Assembly (NCBI GenBank): GCA_013265495.1
Contig: MU058451.1
Coordinates: forward strand, 2,909,305-2,973,304
DNA length: 64,000 nt
From: Vicugna vicugna
Taxonomy: Eukaryota
Direction: 5' to 3'
Shown here: positions 1 to 10,449 of the stretch, one piece after another
Layout of the letters: every line of letters begins with the position of its first letter
Numbering within the stretch: position 1 is the stretch's first letter
Position numbers and translations under genes: made by a program
The notes under the pieces: model-generated
What the model was told of the DNA's origin: nothing
The model's input: only the letters and a program-made list of their open reading frames with translations
The model's database searches: none

Positions 1-871
1 GCTGCTTACCACAACTCTTGAAACAGTTTTTGCATTAAAAGGACACGTAGAGTATTTTCCAGATTTCTCAGCCACACGGTCTTCACCCTAGCTCTGGCTT
101 CAGCCATTAAAACGTGTGGTTTGGACACGAATCTGGAGTCAATAATCTTTCTAGCACCCTGTGCTTTTCCCACCGGCTCCAAAATAGCCTGTTCTGGATT
201 CTGTTCCATTAGGATTTGCTAGGGGATTCATCATTCAAGTCGATAAATCTGTTAATACCTAGCAGCCATCACTTTGTGCATTATTTACGTGGGGGTCTCC
301 AATACCTTAGCTCCAACAGGAATGAATACTTCGGAAATTTAAAAGCGCCGTGGCAGCTCCCTGGGAAGCTGTATTGGAGAAGGTCCTTTTATTACACCTC
401 GTGGGCTGCTTGCTAGCTGAGGCCAGGGCCGAGGATGGCTCCAAAGGCTGGAAGTTCCAGTGGAAGCAGGTTTATTCAGCTGCACGTTGAGCCTAAGCCG
501 CAGAGGCCATGGCAGCATATGCATTTCTCCGGAACATAAGGGTCAAAAATGTACCCAGGCAGGAGAGAGACTGACTCCAACTTTTAAGTTTTCCTTAAAA
601 ACAGGCGCAAGACTTAAAACCCTGGATACAGCACTAATACAGTTAAGGAAGCAACTAAGCAGAGCAATGCATCCTATTTTGCAAAATGATTTGAAAGGCC
701 CAGGATGAAAGAAATGTAGAAAAAAATAATGGTGTGATATTAATATGACCTTCTGCCATGCAGATTCTTTGAGTACATCCCCCCAATTTCTATTGTTAAT
801 TTTTCAGCAGAGCTTTCAACACCATCACCACCAAAAAAAATTCCACAGAACTCAAGACAGTAATTTACTCT

Positions 872-919
872 AAAAAAAAAAAAACACCTGCAGCTTTATT
901 AATAACCAACTTTTTTATT
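872..919 (-). terminator. Polyadenylation signal region of JPH1
   Basis: Two AATAAA hexamers on the minus strand (plus tttatt at 914-919 and 895-900), followed by a GU/U-rich element (minus ggtgttttttttttttt, 888-872). Confidence 0.7.
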
Positions 920-3184
920 AGAGCAGATACAGTTGTGAAAACTGTACATTATACATTTTGGTTTCAAGGATTATAAATAAAGGAACTCACAGGTAGGGAG
1001 TTCTTTTTCACAGCAAGAAACTTTAAATAAACAAAGTCATGTTTTATTAAGTACATTGGCAGACTTCATGTGCTGTCCAAAATGTAGAGTACAGTATAAC
1101 AACCCATTAGAAAGAGCCTTTCATGTAAAATACAGCTGTGCACATTTTAGAAAAATACCAACAATTTGAGCTTTGTTTTAAAAAAGCTTATAAATCATAC
1201 ATATATTTATAAATGGAACCAACATGCTCACTTTATAAACATATCCTTTTATTATCTGTTACCCATTATTTCCAAAGCGTTACACATTTGAAATAAACAC
1301 TTGAGATTAAATATTTTATTTTATTTTATTTTTTTAAAAAATCAGCTTTCCCAGCATAAAGAGCTACGGGGTTAGGAAGGAGCAGTGGGAGTACTGGGGC
1401 TGACACAGGAACTTAAACGTTTCTTGGGTAAAAACGTACTTCCTAAATTTAAAAGTCAAAGCAAAATGTAAAAAATAAATAAATATACAAGTTGTAATTT
1501 TCATTTGCTCTCTTTCTTTCTTCATTCCATATTGGTCACACCCAGGATTCTCAACATATTGTACTTCTGCAAAAAACACCACTGGGTTACTCCCCTGCAG
1601 GTGAGAAAACAGAGTCCACACCTGTGCTAACATGTGAGGTGTCTCTTCCGCATTGAAAGGGTAGCAAATAAGATAAAAAGAACCTGATTAAACCATGCAG
1701 ATAGTGGAAATATTTAGGAATAGCTCCCTCTCCTCAATGTAATGTTTTACAGAGATTTAACAGATACCGTTCCTCCCCTGATTTCCTTTTTAAATAATTA
1801 TTTTTATAAAGACTATGTAGTTTCTCTAAATTAGCATGCTTCTGCATAATAAAGAATAAGTTATAAAACAGCAAAAAAAAATCAGATTGTGTCAGAAAAA
1901 CAAAGAACTGCAAAAGACGGGTACTTAAAACAAAAATGTCTAAGCCTTTAAAATGTGAACTAAAATTACAAAAGGACTTTGAAAAACACGAAAGGCATTA
2001 AATCGAGAAGCACTGATTTAACAAAGCTTTATGCTCTACCTGAATGTATTCAACAAAAATTTAAGTTGGAAAAAAAAGAGAAGAGCAGTTATTAATAGCA
2101 TCTTGCTTAACTTTCATGGGAATTAACATAGCCACTGACAAGATTTTATTTGGTTGGTGAAGTACGTCAGCAATGAAACTGAATCCTTTAAACACCGATT
2201 ACTGCAGTCCATGCAACGTTTTGACTACACTTCTCAGAATTCTGTTGTCTTTCAGATTTTAAAATTTAGCACCTCCTAAGTGCATAAATAATTCATCTCA
2301 GTAGTGTTAAAAATGTTCAAAATCAAACGATTTCTTAGGAAGGTATAATGCCTTCGCATTGCTAAATTGTAAAGATAAATAGCCTTTTATAGGTTTAGGA
2401 AGACTAAACAACATGAAGAATGAGTATTGCTATCAAAATAAACACATTTCCTCTAGAATTTTGTTATTTCTTTTCCTCGAGATGCAACACGTGTGCTTCA
2501 TCCGGCCAGGACGGCACGCCGTAGACGACTATACGTCGTATTTAAATAAACAGCAAAAATGAACAGTCGTGCACAAGCAAACGAAACGTTCTCTCCTGGG
2601 ACATCCCAGGAGATGTGAGAGCAGCAGGTCGTGGCATAAGACTGGTGAGTGATGCTGCTACCTGTTTCTTCTAACGAGACAGGAGTGACTGTTGGAACCA
2701 TGGCCACAGCAACACAATCCTCCGACCGCATTCCTTGGGCAGTCGTTTGTTTCCCCAGCTCCCTACTAAAAACGTCAGATGGTAAAATAGTAAGGCAGCT
2801 GTTGACTTCCATCAAAAAAAAAAAAAATGCAGCTCCATACATTTCCAGTTTAGTCACACTCTGCTAGGACAGATGGAGTAGCCAATGCCAAGAGCTTCGC
2901 CGGATGGGGCTGCTTCAGCAGATTTTAAAAAAGAATGATTATTAAGTTTTGCTCTCCGAACACGGCTGCGTGCTTCAGCTCCCAGAGGACCCCAAAGCCA
3001 CAAAGCATCCCCAGGGGGGACCGCACAGGTCCTCTGGCTGGGTTTTCCAAGTTTCATCTCTCGCGCGATCCCATCCTAATTCCAAGCCTCCTTCCCCACG
3101 TCTGAGTCTGCCTGGGGTGCGCCATTTAAAGGGCTGACGACACCACTGCAGAGAACTGTGGGCCAACACCACTAGCGGTCATGA
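880..3184 (-). other. JPH1: Probable non-coding terminal exon / 3'UTR of JPH1
   Basis: Candidate acceptor ...cttaatgagataactgttttgacccttcggtgcag|TC (AG at 3186-3185), giving a 197-bp intron after the donor at 3381. AT-rich, no repeats recognised, ends at poly(A) signals near 895-919. Acceptor and cleavage site are inferred. Confidence 0.6.
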
Positions 3185-3395
3185 CTGCACCGAAGGGTCA
3201 AAACAGTTATCTCATTAAGTAACTATGTTGAATCACATTCAGGCACAGCCAAAGTGAAAGTGAAGGACAATACGGAGTTGTTAGGGGAGGAAAAAAAACA
3301 AAAAACAAAAAACGTAAATTTGGACATGGGAAAAGAACATTATAGATAGTGATTCTATAGAGGAATTAAGGCTGTTCTTACCTTTCTTATTCCGA

Positions 3396-3476
3396 TCAAG
3401 TTAGAAAGTGAACAAAAAGAATGGCCAACCCGATATTCAACAGCATGACAAGGACAATCATGACTGAATTAGGGCC
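3396..3476 (-). CDS. JPH1: Junctophilin-1 last coding exon: C-terminal ER/SR transmembrane anchor GPNSVMIVLVMLLNIGLAILFVHFLT* (exon continues as UTR to 3382)
   Basis: Acceptor cctttccag|GGC at 3478-3477, phase 0 matching the previous exon; hydrophobic tail typical of junctophilins; TGA at 3398-3396; donor AAG|gtaaga at 3381. Confidence 0.96.
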   Translation of the reverse strand, partial: GPNSVMIVLVMLLNIGLAILFVHFLT

Positions 3477-4328
3477 CTGGAAAGGAGACGGAACGGAACA
3501 AGTGTCACTTTTCCATGTTAATATCAACAGATACATTAGCTCACAAAACCAATTACCAAAAATACTAAAAAAAAAAACAAAAAACAAAAAAACCCCAACA
3601 CAGTCGCAGTAGATAAGGCATGAATGACGACAGCAGTTCCAAAAGGTATGAACTAAAAATAGCTGTGCTGTATTTAGACGGCGCAGCCTCTGAACTTTCA
3701 CTTAAAAATGAACCTGGTCTTGATCAAACCTAAAAGATGACTTAAAAAATAACTTACTTCCTTCACCCTCAAAACACTGGGCAACAGTCCGAGTGAGACA
3801 CAGCTCGCTGTAATGGGTGTAAAGCAAATGGGAATTTGATAGGCATTTTTTGTTAAGGCGTAATTTGGATGAGCAAGAATAGCTTCTTCATAAAGGCTAT
3901 TAGAACAGTGTCTTTAGGACAATGAGGCTGCTCAGGAAAAGTTTAGGAAAAACTCAAGTGAGGGTCTCTGACTTGATTTTCCTGGTCTTCTTTATGGATA
4001 CCACCCCTCCCCTAAAATAAGAACCACAAGTAGGAAACTGAACCTTTTCAGAAATTATCGTGCGGGTCTACTGTTTAATTTCCCTGCTCATAGCCGTGAC
4101 ATTTCAGATATCAAGTTATATTTTAACAAATCACAGAATCCTATTTTGATGAATACCGCTACAGTAAATACCATGTAGTCCAACATACGCAAACTTTTCT
4201 TGTTCAAAAAAAACCCAAAGAAAAAGAACCTTTATGACCCATCTTTTCAGACCTGCCCATACTTGGCCATCTTTATTACTACAAAGATGTGATCTTGGTA
4301 TTTACAATTAAAATAGTGTCTAATTCTT

Positions 4329-4462
4329 TTGTTTTTTTGAGTAAAAGTAGATTTATTTAGATGTACATGGGGCTGGGAGGGAGATGGTGGTGGTTAAAGT
4401 AAAGGTACACACTCCGTAGACAGAGTGCAGGCTGTTTCAGAAGGCAAGAGAGAATGACCAAC
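4329..4462 (-). mobile_element. Short polyadenylated retroposed element derived from an ERV1-type LTR R region
   Basis: 14-bp TSD with one mismatch (agtgtctaattctt 4315-4328 / agtatctaattctt 4463-4476), poly(T) at 4327-4338, minus-strand AATAAA at 4352-4357, core gcctgcactctgtctacggagtgtgt shared with the LTR at 18788-18809. Confidence 0.85.
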
Positions 4463-7059
4463 AGTATCTAATTCTTAAGTGGCACTAAAAGTGTTCTAAA
4501 CCTTGCTTTATGAGGGAGGGAGGGTAGGTCTCATTTTACAGATGAGGAAACAGCTGGAATGATACCTGACTGTCCAGTGAGACTACAGTGACAGTGTGTC
4601 ACCGAGTACTCAAATGCTGTACTGGTGTGATTTTGGTGGTGAGTGGGAAGTGAACAGGGAGATTGGAGCCGCTGTTAGTCCAGTTCTCATCTTGCAGGGT
4701 CTAGGGCTTGGGTCCCACATCCTTCAAGGAGGTCTCCTTTCTGGATGAGGCCAGCACCCCCTGGTAGAGGTCAGTGTCCTGTTCTTTCTCTAGGCTAATA
4801 CTTCACACTTGGTTGTCATTTCTTGTTAACTGTCATCTCATCCTTCCTCTCCGTCCCACCCCGGGGCCCTGCCTTGCTCACCACTGTGTACCCACATGTA
4901 AGCGTTGCCCAATTCATTCAGGCAACCAAGAGTTAATGAAAACCTATCTCCTGGCACTTTTCCCGGTGCTATGGGAGGTGGTGGTTGAACGGATATATTC
5001 ACTGTGTTAGACAAAGAACAGGGTGATTAATCAAATCAGGGTGCAGGAGAGGAGGCATAAAAATGAGTGCCCTTGACATAGTGACCATTAGGAAGAAGAA
5101 AACCCCAAGTAAACGGGAGGAAAACAGATACATAATTCTTCACAGTGATGACTGGTTCCGTTCTCCACAGCCCTGAGAGGGTAAGTGTCTCACCCAAGGT
5201 TACTCAGCTAGTTTGAACAAATCAAAACTGGGATTAAACCTCAGTCTGTTCACTTTAGAGCCCCATATTCTTGCTTCTGTGTCTCTGTTAAAGCCCCAGG
5301 CCTTAGTTTAATCATTTCCCAACAACTTCTTTAAAATGGCGTTTTTCATCTGTATCCTATGCTTCTGTGGCAACAAGACAGCATCAAATCGTGATAACGA
5401 CCAACGGTTCTTTTAGAACAGTTCTGTTCTAAATTACCAAGTATTAACCTATGTAACTCCAACCATGGTTAACTTAGAACATACAAATAAAGTAGGAAAC
5501 TCATAACTCAGAAGAGAATTGAGATGATCTTCCAACATTATTATTATTCAGCACAGAAATTAAGGAAGTGCTATTAATATACAAACTTTGATTAGATTTT
5601 GCTCATAAATATGTTAAGAATTTTGGGGGTCATTAACTCTTTGGGGGTCAGTGAATTTCATTCATAAGTCCCACAGCAATATGAAAGATGAGAAAAGGTA
5701 ACAACAGGGTCAGAACCACATGGTGTAGCGTTCAGTGACTTGCACTGGACCCTGGGAATGCAGAGTGATAAAGTTCCTTCAGTAAAGTTTCCTTCAAAAA
5801 CACAGTGTGGCTGGACCTTTAACTCCCATTTCATAAATCCTTGTTAAGTTTCCATGAATTCATCCAGCCTTTTTGAATTGATTAGTATTTGAGGTTTGTG
5901 TGTTGATGAGTGTGTATGTGTTTTATATATAAATACATATACTTTCTACTGAATGCACATTTAGCCTGTATATATACACTAACATACACACATACATACA
6001 TTTATCCTACCAGTACAGCTCCATTTATAAAGCTTTTGAGGATAACCCAGTGAAGATGAGGGTAAACCAGCAAAAAAAAAAAAAAGGCTCAAACATAAAT
6101 TCTGGGACACTATGTTTAATAAGGCAGAGAGCAAGACGTGACCTCTGTGTTCTTCAGATACCTAGGCTGGGTACAGGGTGGAAAGCTTTAAGATGAAGTC
6201 TCATAAATACGACTGTGGTGGCCAGTTGTAGCTTAAAATAGCAAAATGAAAAAAATTCAGTCTTGCTTTTCAAGACTGACTGGGACAGGTGTCATAAAAG
6301 AAGCTGTGCAGGGCGAAGTGCACGTCTTGATGGGAAGAAACTTCCCGGCAGTGAGAAAATAAAGGTGCAGGAAGTACAAATACAGAACAAGTTGTAGATT
6401 TTTTTTTCTTCAAGAAAAAGATCACTCATTTAAACCTGTGAAGAATTTGCTGTAAAGTTAGTACAGTTTCTTTATGTTAAACCTAAAACTTCTCCAAAGA
6501 CATGAAAAGAGCAAAGTATAATTATGGGTACTTATTGTATGTGTGCATGGGATTCAAACCTGATGTAGCAGGGCTGCCTTAGGTCTTACTGTGATTCAGA
6601 AGAAAGGTAGGGTACGTCTCCAAGTAAACTTGGCAGGTGATCACAGTAATGGCTAAGAAAAAAGCGCAGGTGGTTTTCAGGAGTTGTGATGCTGAAACAG
6701 AAGACCGCTCGCTGGTCTATTTGATGATAAGGTTCTAGGATACCTCTACTGCCTCCGCCCAAGCTGCCCTATCGCAAAATCCTGCAGAAATGTTGGTATC
6801 TCACAGAATGCGCGTCTCCTGGAATATGAGCCCACGTGCAACCACTGCCCGCGGGAGCCCGACATTTGAGGAAGGCTGCAGGATAATCCTTGCTGTCGCT
6901 TCCCTTCCCCCACCTCTTGAATACAGGTAATTAACTCGCTCTAGTGTCCACTTATGTCCCAGAAGACACTCTGTGTTTCTAGGAGATCAGTATCCAGGGT
7001 GATCCTGAGGATGGGTCAGAACCTCCTGGAATATTCAGTGTTGAACTTAAACTTAGTAA

Positions 7060-7265
7060 CAGCCAATGTTTCTGGAAGACTTACTCTGGGCCAGGCACTG
7101 TGCTAAGAACTTTCTAAATATCAGCTCCCAACAATCTTACCCTACAGGTACAGATGAAGAAACCAAGGCCCAGAGCAGTCAGGAAACCTGCCCAAGGTCA
7201 CACAGCTGGTGAACACCACAGCTAGGATTTGAACCTAAATCTGGTGTCAGAGGTCATTAGCCTCT
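7060..7265 (-). mobile_element. MIR SINE relic
   Basis: ccaggcactgtgctaag...acagatgaagaaaccaaggcccagag...cctgcccaaggtcacacagctgg...ggatttgaacc matches the reverse MIR core. Confidence 0.8.
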
Positions 7266-9171
7266 ACTGTCCCAATGAGCTGGCCGACTAAAACTGCAGA
7301 TGGCTGGGCCAGCCACCCTGCAAGTGGTGATTCGGACTCAAAGTAGATCTCTCACAGCTGCCCACCGAGAGCACTCACAGATTCAGTCTGGTGTTCCCTC
7401 TAATACCTGCTTTGGTGGGAATGTTTCTATGACTTTCCAGGTTGCTATTGGTACACCTCTAACTTACACAGTGTCTTTTTATCTCAAAATTGTATGTAGT
7501 GCGCTTTTGTTTGTTTGAAAGGTCATTCGCTGCCTTTATAATGATTCTGTCATGCCTTAACTCTCTAAAGAAAACAGTTACCAGGGGTGTGAAAGGCAGC
7601 TTTCTGTTACTCTTAGGAAGAGGAGGTTAATTGTTAAACTCTTCACACGAAGGTGCCCACTCAGCCTCGACTCCCAGTTCCTGACAGAGGTACAGAGCTG
7701 CCTGGCCTCCCTTCTCCCTCGGGGTGTGTAAGGGAACCCGAGAGACCAGCCTACTGAGCTGGAGGATGCTGGGCTAATTCTAAGAAGCCAGCGGTGCACA
7801 TCAGTGAGACAGATGCTGTTGCTAAACACGAAGGCTGTGAACTTACCAAGAATACCTATTACAGAAAAGAGCTCAGTAACTCACCTAATACGTGGGGACA
7901 GGGGGCATGCACTTTCCCCTGGGGAGTACTGGAAGTCAACTGAATCCCACTACTGGGTACCCAAAGGTATACACAACATGGCCTTGCATTGTTTGAAGTC
8001 CCCCTTGTAAGTGAGGCAAACTAATACTAATATTTATGTGAAGTTTCATTAACCTATGGATATAAATGCTGAAAGCCAAATGAGAAGTGAGTTACTACAT
8101 TTAACAAATTCAATCGTGATATTATTGTCATATATAGTATAGTTATAATACCAGGATGCTGATAGATCAATGTTAATTTTTTTTAAAAGAATGCTTACTG
8201 AACAGTCTCATGTTCTGCTTTGAAAAGCATTTATCCAGACTGTCAAAAAGTTAATTATGCTAATCTGATTAATTTATATTTAGATAATTAAAAAGATGAG
8301 AATTTTAAAAAAAAGGTGGGAACCAGTGTTAGATTTATCTAAGAAATTTCAAACATAATTTAATTCACAAAATGAATTTCAATGCTTAGCCTACGTGTAG
8401 ACTGAACAGACAGAAGAAACTGATGCCAAGTTACTAATCCGTGCACCAGAAATTAACACATCTTAAACTGACGATACGTCAGTTAAAAAATAAAAGAAAC
8501 TGGTTGTATTATATTCTTGTTGGCCAGAAATACTAGTCCACACCTTTATGCAAATATGTCTCTGAAATTACTAGTAAATATTTGGGCTGGCTCCGGCTTC
8601 CTTACAGTCTGTTCCAGGTCAAGAGACAAGTCATTTTTTTTTAAAATAACAAACTAGGTAGCTTCAGATTTTATAAATTATACGGAATTAGTACTTTATC
8701 AAATTCTATAGATCACTAACAAGTATCACTGAATGAGGACGTAGACATTTACCAATAACTGAAAGCTTTCTGGTTGACTACTAAAAACCTTAAATGCTCA
8801 AGACTGATAATAAAAACCAGCATCTACCAGAAAACTGAAATTTTAGGAGCATTTATACCCTGAGGAGTCAGAAGACCAAAGGAATTTTCTTAAGCAGGTG
8901 AAAAATTTCAGTTCTCTTTTGGGAAAGAAAAATGTTCTGGCTGTAAAATCTGGCTACCAAGTAAAATCCAAACTAAATATTTATGAGAGTAATTCACAAT
9001 AGCTAGAAAAGATGTTCTTTGGTCTAAAGATGCTGGCTGTTGTGGGGGCGGAGTCAAAGGACAGGTTAAGAACTGAGCAAGTGGCAGCCGCGCTGTCTCC
9101 CCAGCAAGACCTCAGAGAGTGGCTGGCCCTCCACAGGGGCTGAGATTCCTTTTTAGCCATCAGTCAGCTAC

Positions 9172-9537
9172 TTCTGTGTGCTGCATGTGTCTGTCCCCTG
9201 CTCCCACCTTCACACACTGAAGCCCCGACCCCAGATGCCATGGTATTTGGAGGAGGGGCCTCTGGGAGGTAATGAGGTCATGAGGATGGAGCCCCCATGA
9301 TGGCATTACTGCCCTTGGGAGGAGACAGCCTGCTGCTTTCCTCTGTCCGCCCTGTGTGGCCACAGTGGGAAGGGGGCCTGCGTTCTAGGAACCATGGAGT
9401 GGGTTCTCATCAGACACCAAATCTGCTGGTGCCCTGATCTTGGGAATCTTCAGCCTCTAAAACTGTGAGAAATACACATTTGCTGTTTAAGCCACCCAGT
9501 CTATGGAATTTTTGTTACAGCCATCAGAGCTAAGACA
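9172..9537 (+). mobile_element. MaLR solo LTR (MLT1A-like)
   Basis: Typical MLT1 motifs (ggtatttggaggaggggcctctgggaggtaat, cagcctctaaaactgtgagaaata, tttaagccacccagtctatgg), ends gctaagaca; 5-bp TSD gctac/gccac. Confidence 0.85.
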
Positions 9538-9814
9538 GCCACGATGAAGCTCAGCCCCAGGTGCTGGTAAAGCCATGCTCAGTGTGATGCTGTGACCTGC
9601 AGGTCAGGTCAGCCTGCCTGCATGAAGCCAGCAGGGAGGAACTTCTGCCCCGAGGGCCCTGTGCTGGCCAAGCTGCAAGGGCTAAGCGCTGCTCTAGCCC
9701 GTGCTCGGCAGGACTCTGCTAGCCTGGGTGCCACCCCGGCGCAGGTCCCCTGCGCAGCCACCCCAAAGACCCAACCCCAGGAAGGGGAGGGCGGGCGCAT
9801 CCTGCACAACTTAC

Positions 9815-10449
9815 TGAATTGGCTTCTTTTTCCGAAGGAGGGCATGGGTCGTTGCTCGCTGGATTCTTTGGTATGGCAAGTTCAGACGTCTTAGCTTTTG
9901 GCTCAGCTTTGCTTTCTTTGGCAACTGGTTTTGTCACAGATTTCGGGGGGCTCCACTTGTTGGGCGATGGCTTGTGCGCCGACGCGGCGGGAGGGCGGAC
10001 GGGCCCCTCGTCGTCCTCCACGGGCGGGTGCTGCGGGGCGTTCAGTTTCACGTAGTAGCCGTGGTACTGAGAGTGCAGCTCCCCATTACTGGGGTTGGGG
10101 ACGTGGTGGCGGCCAGAGTACTTGGAGTGGGGCACGACCGCCCCCGCCTCCCTGGAGGGAGCCTTGGACGCCAAGGGCTGGTTGACGACGGCCGTCACCT
10201 GCTCATTGACCGCGCTCCTGCTGTCCAGGTTGAGTCTGGCCCCTGAGCTGGGGTTCTGCTTCCTCGCCGGCTTGGGGGAGGGAAGGCGGCCTTGTCTGGG
10301 GCTCAGCTCCGGGGACCCCGGCGGTGTTGTGCCTTTGCGATAAAAGTGAGGCGACTCCTTTGGCGTGGGTGGCTTTTCCAGTACCTTTTCTTCTGGCTTC
10401 TCTTTAGCATCCACACCTTCCTGTGATCTCTGTTTGATATAATCTGGGC
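9815..10449 (-). CDS. JPH1: Junctophilin-1 coding exon (635 bp; exon 4 by analogy), divergent Pro/Ser/Lys-rich region
   Basis: Lies in ORF 9719..10501: (G)PDYIKQRSQEG...ESPHFYRKGTTPP...HSQYHGYYVKLNAPQHPP...EKEANS. Acceptor cttctccccag|GC at 10451-10450, donor TCA|gtaagt at 9814; phases are continuous with both neighbouring exons. Confidence 0.96.
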
